In this document: piece by piece, positions 39,099-48,596 of the stretch
Position numbering within the stretch: position 1 is the first letter of the stretch
How the letters are laid out: the number at the start of each line of letters is the position of its first letter
Source: an uncultured Alphaproteobacteria bacterium
Lineage (GTDB): Bacteria; Pseudomonadota; Alphaproteobacteria; RF32; CAG-239
Assembly: GCA_944391335.1 (NCBI GenBank)
Contig: CALXTF010000003.1
Location: 4,323-68,322, forward strand
Length of the DNA: 64,000 nucleotides
Direction: 5' to 3'
The notes under the pieces: model-generated
What the model was told of the DNA's origin: nothing
Databases searched by the model: none
Seen by the model: only the letters and a program-made list of their open reading frames with translations
Program-made: the position numbers and the translations under genes

Positions 39099-40844
39099 TT
39101 GAAAAGAGTTCTGATATTAGTGTTAACGCTGTTTTTTCTCCTAAACGGAGAGAGAACAGCGTTAGCATATTTTAAAGTAATTGATGAACCTTTACGTCAT
39201 GAAATTATGTTAAGGACCGGTGTTAATGAACAGGATATAATCCTTTATCGTGATATTTTTAGTGCGATACGCGATGGGAAATGGCAGCAAGTTGATAATC
39301 TACAAAAAAGACTTGGCACTACGGCGTTAAACGGACATTTACTTGCAGAAAAATATTTACATAAAGATTACATTTCCACATATGAAGAATTACAAGATTG
39401 GTTAAAGAAATATCCTTATCTTCCGCAATATCCATTAATAAAATCCTTAAGTATAATTAAAGCTCCGGGGTATAATCCGCCTAAGCCTCAAAAAGAAAAG
39501 AAAAAACTTTATGCTTCTTATGACTGGTATAAAGATAAATATAATTATCTTTCTGCCAAGCAAAGGACATATGTCAGAAAGAAGAATGATGAATTTTTAC
39601 TTGCAATTCGTCAGAGCAGATTTGATAAAGCCGAGAAGATATTATCGGATCAACATTTTAGAGAGATTATATCTATTAAAAATTATGATGATATGGCTGC
39701 GACGCTTGCTTCGGCTTATTTTTTAGAAGGAGACAATAAAAAAGCTTTAAGCTGGAGTCGTGAACCTATTATTCGCAGTAAAAACGTTACAGCATTATGG
39801 TTTGGTGGATTAGCGGCATGGGATGAAAAAAAATATCAATTAGCTGCAGATTATTTTCAACGACTGGCAAAATCCTCTAATAATGATAAATGGATAGTTG
39901 CGGCAGGAGCTTATTGGGCGTATCGAACGAATAAGAAGTTGAGGAGAAATGATGAAGCTTTAAGTAATTTAAGAATTGCCGCTTCTTATCCTCGAACTTT
40001 TTACGGTATTTTAGCAAAATACATATTATCGAATGATATGGTTATAGATTGGCGTCCTCAAAGTTTGTATAATCGTTTAGATGATCGTTCTTACAAAAGG
40101 CAAATTTTATCCGTTCCTTCCATGCGTCGAGCTCTTTTGCTTATTTTTGCCGGTGAAAATGAATTAGCTGAACGTGATTTTCGTTATAATTACAATAAAT
40201 TTAATCTTCAACAAAAAGAGTTGTTAATGTTTATAGCGGCTCAATACAGTTTACCTAATTTAAGTTATATAACGGCCAATCAATTAAAGGATGAGCAAAA
40301 AAATATAAATTATGACAGTTTTATGTATCCCTTACCGGAATGGTCCTTAAAAGGGGAAGGGCAGGTTAATCCTGCGTGGATTTGGGCTTTAGTTCGTCAA
40401 GAATCACTTTTTTTACCTTCTGTACAGAGTCATGCGGGGGCCTGTGGTTTAATGCAGATTATGCCTGAAACGGCGGTGGAAGTTACGGGTAATAAGAATT
40501 TTAGAAAGGACAAACGTTCTTTATTTGATAAAGATATTAATCTTTCTATTGGACAAGATTACGTAACAATTTTAAAAGAAAAGGATTTTATAGGCAATAA
40601 TTTAGTTTTTTTAGCTGCTTCTTATAATGCGGGGCCTCATAATTTAAAAAAGTGGATAGAAAATGTAAATTATGAAGGCGATCCTTTATTATTTATAGAA
40701 ATGATACCTTGGAAAGAGACAAGATTATATGTGAAAAAAGTTATAACGAATTATTGGATTTATTCTTCTCGTTTAGGATATAAGCCTCAAAGTTTGAGTC
40801 AGCTTGCACATGGTCATTGGCCGCTTTTAGATGAAAAGAATTAA
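39099..40844 (+). CDS. soluble lytic transglycosylase (SLT domain)
   Basis: RQES, GACGLMQIMP, ASYNAGP, IPWKETRLYVKKV. Confidence 0.9.
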   Translation: MKRVLILVLTLFFLLNGERTALAYFKVIDEPLRHEIMLRTGVNEQDIILYRDIFSAIRDGKWQQVDNLQKRLGTTALNGHLLAEKYLHKDYISTYEELQDWLKKYPYLPQYPLIKSLSIIKAPGYNPPKPQKEKKKLYASYDWYKDKYNYLSAKQRTYVRKKNDEFLLAIRQSRFDKAEKILSDQHFREIISIKNYDDMAATLASAYFLEGDNKKALSWSREPIIRSKNVTALWFGGLAAWDEKKYQLAADYFQRLAKSSNNDKWIVAAGAYWAYRTNKKLRRNDEALSNLRIAASYPRTFYGILAKYILSNDMVIDWRPQSLYNRLDDRSYKRQILSVPSMRRALLLIFAGENELAERDFRYNYNKFNLQQKELLMFIAAQYSLPNLSYITANQLKDEQKNINYDSFMYPLPEWSLKGEGQVNPAWIWALVRQESLFLPSVQSHAGACGLMQIMPETAVEVTGNKNFRKDKRSLFDKDINLSIGQDYVTILKEKDFIGNNLVFLAASYNAGPHNLKKWIENVNYEGDPLLFIEMIPWKETRLYVKKVITNYWIYSSRLGYKPQSLSQLAHGHWPLLDEKN

Positions 40845-41030
40845 TCAATTTATAAATTTATTGGATTGATAGATTAAGCTTTAAAGTTATGGTATATGGT
40901 TAGGACGCTTTCTTTGTATAGAAGGGATAAATTTGTTTTGGGTGAAGGTTGGGTGAGTGTGGTAAAGCTGCCAGATTGTTTGGAGTGGAGAGGGAGAAGA
41001 GGGTGGAGTTAAGCCAAATTAAGAGAGAAT

Positions 41031-41294
41031 TTAGCAAGAGTTTTTTATTAGAAAAACAAATAAGGAAGCGTCGTTGCCTTGCGGAATAAAATAATATTTA
41101 ACATTATCAATTGTGACTTCAACCGCTCCCGCGGGCAGATCCGTATCGACTTGAGTTAAGGCGTAATCACCGCTTAAAACAGAACCTTGCGCTTTCAGCG
41201 CGTCTAACGTCGGTTCAAATACTGCCGCTGTTGCCGAGGTTGAAAATATCGTCCCCGCCAATAAAAGATAATAAAATTTGTTTGATAGTTTCAT
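41031..41294 (-). pseudogene. truncated autotransporter paralog (signal peptide and N-terminal domain only)
   Basis: 44 of the first 78 aa are identical, gap-free, to the 16776-21611 protein; homology stops at about 41061. Confidence 0.8.
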
Positions 41295-41405
41295 AGTCTT
41301 AGCCTATTTTTTAGTTAAAACAACAAAATTTTTTGAAAAAGCACCATCGTTTTTCAGTTGTAAGTATTATTATATCCTATCTTATCAATTGATTCAAGAA
41401 ATGTC

Positions 41406-41421
41406 GTTAATTTTATGTTAA
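41406..41421 (-). promoter_or_regulatory. CtrA-box-like TTAA-N7-TTAAC
   Basis: GTTAA-TTTTATG-TTAA on the + strand; a second TTAA-N7-TTAA at 41428-41442. Confidence 0.35.
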
Positions 41422-41624
41422 ACATTTTTAATTAAAAATTAAGCGCAATTTGGATAGCCAAATACAATTTTATCATTGATTTAAAATATGGAAAACTTCT
41501 GTCAAAATAAAATACCGCTGATACATAGCATACTTAAAATATTTTAATTTTAAAATTTTTTTGTCGTACCTATTGACAAAAGATGTCGGACGTTGTAAAA
41601 TAAATTAAAAATATGATAAATATT

Positions 41625-41640
41625 TTAACTAATACTTAAC
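41625..41640 (+). promoter_or_regulatory. CtrA-box-like TTAA-N7-TTAAC
   Basis: TTAA-CTAATAC-TTAAC, 35 bp before the ATG at 41676. Confidence 0.4.
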
Positions 41641-41675
41641 AAATATATGGTAGCTATCAAAAATAGGAGATTGTT

Positions 41676-42113
41676 ATGAGAATACAAAATAGACAAGAAA
41701 TGGCAGAACGCTTCACATCATCTGAAAATACACAGGTTAAAGCTGGTAAAAGCTTTTTCGAAAAAGCTAAAAGTGCTATGGTGGAAGCAAATAAAAATAT
41801 GAAAAACGGCTGGAAGGAATTTAAAAACAGCGGTAAAGCGGATAAATTAGTCGGTTATGTGTCTGCCGGTTGTGCCGTCATAGGCGCCGGAACATTTTTA
41901 TATGAGGCTGTTAGTAATCCGGAAATCTTTAATGCTTCAAGCAACGTGGTTAGAGAAGCAAGTGAAGTGTGGGAAGCTATGGTCGGCGGTTTGACTGTCG
42001 TGCCGGCATCTATCTATGCAATTAAGAAATATATTGACGGCAGCAATAAAGCAGAAGAACATAACGAACAAAAGTTGATTAATAAAAAATTGGTAGAACA
42101 AGCAAGAGGTTAA
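41676..42113 (+). CDS. hypothetical protein with two hydrophobic segments
   Basis: RBS aggag; TTGACA at 41573. Confidence 0.65.
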   Translation: MRIQNRQEMAERFTSSENTQVKAGKSFFEKAKSAMVEANKNMKNGWKEFKNSGKADKLVGYVSAGCAVIGAGTFLYEAVSNPEIFNASSNVVREASEVWEAMVGGLTVVPASIYAIKKYIDGSNKAEEHNEQKLINKKLVEQARG

Positions 42114-42119
42114 AGTTTT

Positions 42120-42542
42120 ATGTCTTTAGAACAAATTATAGTCGATGATTTCGAATTTCTTGTAAATAAAGATGAAGTGGCAATCGCTATCGATCTTAAC
42201 GAAGGAAATGTTACATCCGCTGAACTCCTTTATGATGGTCGTAATTGCGCCGTCTTAATCAGAAATAATGAAAAAATGTTCTTGTTGACAAATATTATCC
42301 CACCTATGAGGGAAAAACTCAAAAATATGGATACTGTCTTTGTCCTCGAAAGAATTGGAACTAATCACGAAATCGTCAACGCTTATACTGTTGATATTCA
42401 TCATGTCAGCGAAATGCCTTATCCGGATAATTTTATCGAAGATACTAAAAAATATTATCAGGAAATAACCGCTGAAATCGGTAAAGATAATATGGATAAA
42501 TTCTTAAATGATCTGGAAAAAGTATATGCTAAAGAACAATAA
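42120..42542 (+). CDS. hypothetical protein
   Basis: 140-aa ORF 6 bp after the upstream gene, coding-like composition. Confidence 0.65.
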   Translation: MSLEQIIVDDFEFLVNKDEVAIAIDLNEGNVTSAELLYDGRNCAVLIRNNEKMFLLTNIIPPMREKLKNMDTVFVLERIGTNHEIVNAYTVDIHHVSEMPYPDNFIEDTKKYYQEITAEIGKDNMDKFLNDLEKVYAKEQ

Positions 42543-42573
42543 TATTCTTGTCTAAATCTTTGCGTAAAAATGT

Positions 42574-42600
42574 AGGGTGGTTTTTATGCCACCCTGTTTC
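42574..42600 (+). terminator. hairpin/terminator with a GTAG-REP-like 5' end
   Basis: AGGGTGG-tttttatg-CCACCCT followed by gtttc. Confidence 0.55.
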
Positions 42601-42721
42601 TTATGCATTAATATATTAGTGTGAAATTAAAACTAAGCTTCGGCAATCTTTAATCCTTTTTCTTTGACAGTCATAAATAATTTAATATCTTATAAAATAA
42701 CTTAATATGAGAATATGAAAA

Positions 42722-43714
42722 ATGAATATTGATGATACGATAAAATTAATCAAAAATATGTCAAAAGAAGAAAAAGATGTTTTCTTCTCTCAAGAAGCTC
42801 AAAAAGCTGATTTTAAAGGTCAGACTGTCGGACAAAAATTATATGGTTTAATTTCTTCTTATATAGATGTGAAATATCCTTTTGATAATAAACTTACTTT
42901 AATAAAAGAAATGGAAAAACATAAGATATTATTAGAAAACAAATTATCATCAGTCGTCGGCTCCGATTATCTTAAAACATATCTTCATGGTTTGCAGGTT
43001 TTAAAAGAAATACGATCACAACAAATTTTGAAAAATACTCAGCATTTATATCATTTTTCACAATCTACTCCTGAGGAAATAGGAGAATATTTGACACCAA
43101 TGATACAAGAAAAAGGAAACGCTTTTGGGGAAAATGTCGAAGAAAAATTATGCTAGGCAGCAACAAATAAAACATCACTTTATATTCTAAAGCCTGCTTC
43201 TAATAAAGCAGAAACGTATAAAAATTTCGCAGTTTATATGGATCAGCCATGTGCGGTTATAAGTGGTATTGAATTTTCAAATTATATAAAAAATTTAAAG
43301 CCATCATATCGTTATGAGGTGGATAAAGATGGCTTTGCTCCGGTTGTTAGACTCGATGGTAATTTTTCTAATGAATACGAAGCAAAAACTAAAGTGAAAA
43401 TTATTAATTATGATGGTCCATTTACAATAGAAGATGTATATGAAAAATGGAAATTACCAATATACTATATTCCTCATAAGAAAGATAAAAATTTTCTTAA
43501 AAATCTTTATTCTCAATATATGAAAGAAGGAATGTCTCGATATGAAGCTTTAGAAAAGGTTAGTTCCGAGTTTCCTGATAAAATGAAAAATCTCAATACA
43601 GATGATGAATTACAAAAAATTATTAAAGAAAACTCAAAAAAAACAGAAAAAATTGATCAATAGATGATTGATGATAATATTAAGAATATTATAAATGCTC
43701 GTGGATCTTATTAA
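42722..43714 (+). pseudogene. orphan ~330-codon reading frame interrupted by two in-frame TAG codons
   Basis: ORFs 42722-43156 and 43238-43663 share a frame; 27 open codons lie between them and 16 more follow the second TAG, up to TAA 43712-43714. Confidence 0.6.
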
Positions 43715-43950
43715 AAAATCCTATATGTAAAAAATCATAATTTTTTCATTATCAAATCATTGTTCTAAAAAAATTAAAAGCTCCTATCTTCTTTGAGAAC
43801 ATCTTGTCTTCAAAATAAGTTTTTGAATTTTTAAAAAAGAAAGTGTATCAAATTAAATTAACCTGTTAATTTTCTTATTCAACACAAAAAATACTTCATT
43901 AAAATAATATTATTTTAATGCGTTTTAACTCTTAATAAAAATTGTTTAAA

Positions 43951-44427
43951 CTACTTTTTGTTTGGTTTTACATACGCAATTGCCGCGTGTTCTTCACAAT
44001 ATGTTTGACCGACTCGCACTTTCTTACCGCAAAAACTAAAATTCTCATCCTTAGGATCACCTAATGGCCAACGACATGTGTGATTATCTAAATCCGTTAA
44101 TTGGATAATCCCCTTCTTCTTAAAATTTTCTACCGGTTTAATATCTATTTTTTCCTCTGTGTCGATAGATGGACAAATGCTCTCTTTTGTATCTTCAATA
44201 TCTTTCTCTTTTTTAATAGGTAATTTCTCTAAAACCTCTTGGTCTTTGGAAATTAAAGTATCCTCTTTCTTCTTGATCGGTGACGGACGAGCATCCAGTT
44301 GAAGACGATGGACTTTGCCAACAATCGAATTCTTTGAAACACCAAGCCTCTTCCCAATCTCTCCGGTTGTTAAACCTTGTTTCCACATAATCTTAAGATC
44401 TTCAACCATTTTTTCCGTCCATGCCAT
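43951..44427 (-). CDS. gcrA: cell-cycle regulator GcrA
   Basis: MAWT...L..MWKQGL..GEIG..LGVSKNSIVGKVHRL; CRWPLGDP...FCG...YCEEH. Confidence 0.92.
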   Translation of the reverse strand: MAWTEKMVEDLKIMWKQGLTTGEIGKRLGVSKNSIVGKVHRLQLDARPSPIKKKEDTLISKDQEVLEKLPIKKEKDIEDTKESICPSIDTEEKIDIKPVENFKKKGIIQLTDLDNHTCRWPLGDPKDENFSFCGKKVRVGQTYCEEHAAIAYVKPNKK

Positions 44428-44572
44428 GCCTTAATTCTCCCTATAAAAAATTATTGATTGTATACTAAATCAATATTTTTACCAAGTCTAGTATTTTCTT
44501 TATATCTTGAAATCTTATTCTTTTCATTGTAAATTTATTGTAATAGAAAATTTAAGGGATGTATTTAATTTT

Positions 44573-45814
44573 ATGCGTAATTTTATAATTATATTGTCTT
44601 ATTTGATTTTAATCCTTGCTTCTCCGTCTGTTGAGGCAATCTCACCGGCAGATTATGAAAACCGCTTTAAAATCGATATGAATGCTAATATCCCTCCCAT
44701 AAATGATTTACGCGTTAAATTCGCTCCACCACCTGTCTATGATCGTAAATTCGACTATTTCTGGAATATCGGTACAACTTTCGATAAAGAATTTGCTCAA
44801 ACCATTAAAAATTACGGAAATCGTCAAACACGCTTAAAATGGGATTCTGAAGATATCCTCCTCGAACAAATCAAAAATACTCCGCCTGAATATTATCCTT
44901 ATATTGGACCTTATCTTCACACCGTTCCTGGTATTTCTGAAAAAATACTCAATCTTCCCGGAATTAAAGAAACTAAAAATCAATTCCCTCAACGTATCGC
45001 TCCTAAATTTGCCGATATTGAAAATTTAGAGTTTATGTCACCGGCCCTTTATTTCGTCTTAATGCCGGAAATTTGGCAGGAAACAAACCTTACTCATGAA
45101 AAAATCCGTTTCCAAACTTTGCCTCAAAAAAATCATTACGATACAGCATATATTGCAAATGTAATGAAGTGGGTGCCGCCGGAAAATTTTGCTCCGGATA
45201 AAAATATTCAAGAACCTTTGAAAAGTAAATTAAGAACCATTTCCCCAAACGCTTCTTCCCCTCTTACCTCTAAAGATGTTCAAGCTGTCGCCAGAAGCCT
45301 CGAAGCACTCTCTGATTATGGAAATAATATCTATAATAAAGCTAAAATTATAGAAGCAGGAAATCTCCTCGATAAATGGGAAAATTCACAAAATATCGGC
45401 ACCTTCGTTCCTTATCTTAAAGACCTTGTCCATCCATGCCAAAGATTGGTGCAAAAACTTAAAATGCAAAATATGGATAAGGAATTTGCTCAACTTATCG
45501 CCCCTCAAGGATTTAATCTCGAAGAATGGGCCTATACTTGCGATAAAACAATAAAAGCGTATCGCGTCTTGAAAATGTCTTCTCCTGAACTTATAACACT
45601 TCTCCTCTATAAAAAAAATGTTTATGAAAAGCAACTCAATCTCTATTCCGATAAAGTCGCCCCCAGCATCGCTGCAACAATGCAAAGCGTGATCGAAATG
45701 TATAAAGCTCCTATTAATGATGTTTTAGAAGTCAAAAAAAATCAGGAAACTATAAAAAAAGCCTTTGAAAAAATTAATTACCGAATCGTCTTTCAACCCA
45801 TATATATAAAATAA
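44573..45814 (+). CDS. exported hypothetical protein
   Basis: Signal peptide (SVEA|IS) from ATG 44573. Confidence 0.65.
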   Translation: MRNFIIILSYLILILASPSVEAISPADYENRFKIDMNANIPPINDLRVKFAPPPVYDRKFDYFWNIGTTFDKEFAQTIKNYGNRQTRLKWDSEDILLEQIKNTPPEYYPYIGPYLHTVPGISEKILNLPGIKETKNQFPQRIAPKFADIENLEFMSPALYFVLMPEIWQETNLTHEKIRFQTLPQKNHYDTAYIANVMKWVPPENFAPDKNIQEPLKSKLRTISPNASSPLTSKDVQAVARSLEALSDYGNNIYNKAKIIEAGNLLDKWENSQNIGTFVPYLKDLVHPCQRLVQKLKMQNMDKEFAQLIAPQGFNLEEWAYTCDKTIKAYRVLKMSSPELITLLLYKKNVYEKQLNLYSDKVAPSIAATMQSVIEMYKAPINDVLEVKKNQETIKKAFEKINYRIVFQPIYIK

Positions 45815-45939
45815 TAATGCCTAAATACAAAATATTAGCTTATTGTAAATGAGATTTTTATTGCAATCCGAAAATAATAAGGATATAGTCTGATAAAATC
45901 GTTTTAATATAACTTAACAATATAATAAAGGTAAAAAAA

Positions 45940-46437
45940 ATGGCTCGAGTTACAGTAGAAGATTGTATCGATAAAATCCCTAATCGTTATGAGTTGCTCA
46001 TGATCGCAACTCAACGCGCAAAAGATATTTCCGCAGGCGCTCCAATTATGGTTTCTCGCGATAACGATAAAAATCCAGTGGTCGCTTTGCGCGAAATCGC
46101 CGAGGAAAAAGTCAATATTGAAGAACTACAAAAATCTTTGGTGCTTGGTTTGCAAAAGTATGTCGAAGTTGAAGAACCCGAAGATGAGGAAATCGAAATC
46201 CTCGCCGCTGAAAAAGAATTGGCAGGCCTCGATGAACAATTTAGTAATGTTATGCTCGATAGCGAAATGTCTAGCAATATGCAAATCCACGAAGATGACG
46301 ATGCTCTGGATATGGATGTCGATGAAACCGTCGATGATGCCCTTGATGTCGATATTGACGCAGAAGGTGATGATTTGGGGTTTGATGATGATATAGATAT
46401 GGATGACGATAATCTCGATGATTTCGATGAGGAGTAA
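45940..46437 (+). CDS. rpoZ: RNA polymerase omega subunit with a long acidic tail
   Basis: MARVTVEDC, NRYEL, DKNPVVALREIA. Confidence 0.95.
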   Translation: MARVTVEDCIDKIPNRYELLMIATQRAKDISAGAPIMVSRDNDKNPVVALREIAEEKVNIEELQKSLVLGLQKYVEVEEPEDEEIEILAAEKELAGLDEQFSNVMLDSEMSSNMQIHEDDDALDMDVDETVDDALDVDIDAEGDDLGFDDDIDMDDDNLDDFDEE

Positions 46438-46457
46438 TCTAAAGGCGATATTAATCT

Positions 46458-48596
46458 ATGCTGCGTCAATATGAATTAGTTGATCTCGTTAAATCCTATG
46501 ATCCGGATGCCGATGAAGATGCCTTAAACCGTGCTTATGTCTTCGCTATGAAAAAACACGGCGCGCAACTTCGCGCTTCCGGAGATCCTTATTATTCCCA
46601 TCCTGTCGAAGTGGCCGGTATATTAACTCGTTTTAGACTTGATTCTGCCTCAGTAATCGCCGGTCTTTTGCATGATACGGTCGAAGATACGGATACAACT
46701 GTTGAAGAAGTTCGCCGCCTCTTCGGTGATCAAGTCGCCTCTCTTGTCGATGGTCTAACTAAATTGGCTATGATTGAACAAAAATCTGTTGATACTAAAC
46801 AAGCCGAAAATTTCCGAAAATTGCTTTTGGCTATGTCTGAGGATATTCGTGTTCTGCTCATTAAATTGGCTGATCGTCTCCATAATATGAGAACACTTAA
46901 TTTCTTGCCTCAGGAAAAAAGAACCAGAATCGCGCGCGAAACCTTGGATATCTACGCTCCTTTGGCTGAACGCATCGGTATGCAGGAAGTTAAAAGCGAA
47001 TTGGAAGAACGAGCTTTTTGCGAACTCTATAAAGATGCTCATGATTCTATTATTACTCGACTTAATTTCTTGCGCGAACAAGGAAGTAATTTAGTTCCTA
47101 AAATTATCGAAGCTTTGAAAAAAGATATGGATGATAATGGTGTTAAATGTCAGGTCACCGGACGTGAAAAAACACCATATTCCATTTGGCGTAAAATGCA
47201 ACAGAAAAACGCTTCTTTCGAACAATTGTCCGATATTATGGCTTTCCGTATATGCGTCGATGATGTGGCAACCTGTTATCAAGCTTTAGGAATTATTCAC
47301 AGTAAATATCATATGGTTCCAAGACGCTTTAAAGATTATATATCGACACCTAAACCAAATGGTTATCAGTCAATTCATACCGGTGTTATCGGCCCGTATA
47401 ATACTCGGATTGAGGTGCAAATCCGTACTTATGAAATGCATGAAATCGCCGAAAAAGGAATTGCTGCTCATTGGGCTTATAAACAAGGGCAAAAAACCGA
47501 AGGTAAAAATTTCCGTTGGATACGCGAATTACTCGAAATTCTCGAAAGAGCCTCTAATCCAGAAGAATTTATGGAAAATACAAAACTTGAAATGTATAAT
47601 GATCAAGTCTTTTGTTTTACCCCTAAAGGTGATCTTATTGGTCTACCGGTTAATTCAACCCCTATTGATTTTGCTTACGCTGTCCATTCAACAGTCGGAG
47701 ATACATGCGTCGGTGCAAAAATTAACGGTGAAATTCGTCCGGTTCGAACAATCCTGCAAAACGGCGATCAAGTCGAAATCTTGACCTCAAAAGCCCAACA
47801 TCCTTCAACCGAATGGGAACGTTTCGTCGTTACCGGTAAGGCTAAAGCAGCTATTCGCCGTTATATCCGCGCTTCTAAACGTGATCAATTCATCGTCCTT
47901 GGGCAAGAAATCCTCGAAAAAATGTTCAAAAACGAAGGACTGGAGTTTTCTGAAAAAGCATTGTTGCCGCTTCTCTCACAATTCGAAGCCGAAACAATTA
48001 ATGATGTTTATGCTAAAGTCGGTGAGGGGTTGATTACCGGATGGGATGTCATGAAAGCCGTCTATCCCGCATATAAACAGTCAAAATTAGAAAAAGTCGT
48101 TAAAGCAATTAAAGTACCAACTTTCAAAAAAAATAAAAAGAAAAATACAGACCCCCTTAAAATTGAAGGACTTATCCCCGGTATGGCCATGCATTTCGCA
48201 GGTTGCTGCCATCCCTTGCCAGGTGATCCAATCGTGGGGATCGTTACAACAGGTAAAGGTGTCGCTGTTCATCGTGCAGATTGTAAAGCTTTAGAACGTT
48301 TCGCAAATGAACCGGAACGTTGGTTGGATATTACTTGGGGAAAAGGTGCGGAAGACCAAAAACATATCGGACGATTGAAACTCGTCCTTAGTAATGAACC
48401 AGGAAGCTTGGGAGAGGTCTCGAATTTAATGGCGCGTCATGAAGCTAATATTTCAAATCTAAATATCGTTTATCGAACAGTCAGTTATTTCGAAATTATT
48501 GTCGATGTTGAAGTTAAAAATCTCGAGCATTTAAATGTAATCATCTCTGATCTTAAATCATCAAAAGTGGTTAGTTATGTCGCTCGTTCCGCATAA
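46458..48596 (+). CDS. spoT: bifunctional (p)ppGpp synthetase/hydrolase
   Basis: HD domain (LLHDTVED), KLADRLHN, GYQSIH, TGS and ACT domains. Confidence 0.95.
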   Translation: MLRQYELVDLVKSYDPDADEDALNRAYVFAMKKHGAQLRASGDPYYSHPVEVAGILTRFRLDSASVIAGLLHDTVEDTDTTVEEVRRLFGDQVASLVDGLTKLAMIEQKSVDTKQAENFRKLLLAMSEDIRVLLIKLADRLHNMRTLNFLPQEKRTRIARETLDIYAPLAERIGMQEVKSELEERAFCELYKDAHDSIITRLNFLREQGSNLVPKIIEALKKDMDDNGVKCQVTGREKTPYSIWRKMQQKNASFEQLSDIMAFRICVDDVATCYQALGIIHSKYHMVPRRFKDYISTPKPNGYQSIHTGVIGPYNTRIEVQIRTYEMHEIAEKGIAAHWAYKQGQKTEGKNFRWIRELLEILERASNPEEFMENTKLEMYNDQVFCFTPKGDLIGLPVNSTPIDFAYAVHSTVGDTCVGAKINGEIRPVRTILQNGDQVEILTSKAQHPSTEWERFVVTGKAKAAIRRYIRASKRDQFIVLGQEILEKMFKNEGLEFSEKALLPLLSQFEAETINDVYAKVGEGLITGWDVMKAVYPAYKQSKLEKVVKAIKVPTFKKNKKKNTDPLKIEGLIPGMAMHFAGCCHPLPGDPIVGIVTTGKGVAVHRADCKALERFANEPERWLDITWGKGAEDQKHIGRLKLVLSNEPGSLGEVSNLMARHEANISNLNIVYRTVSYFEIIVDVEVKNLEHLNVIISDLKSSKVVSYVARSA

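Noticed and set aside
41396-41423. dif-like site (TTATGTTAAAC XerD-like arm) near the skew flip
   Set aside because: The left arm AAGAAATGTCG lacks the XerC consensus, GGGNAGGG has the same orientation on both sides (40354 and 59088), and the skew flip appears local; not fully excluded without whole-genome data
46011-46469. Ser-rich minus-strand ORF of 152 aa
   Set aside because: Antisense shadow of the Asp/Glu-rich rpoZ
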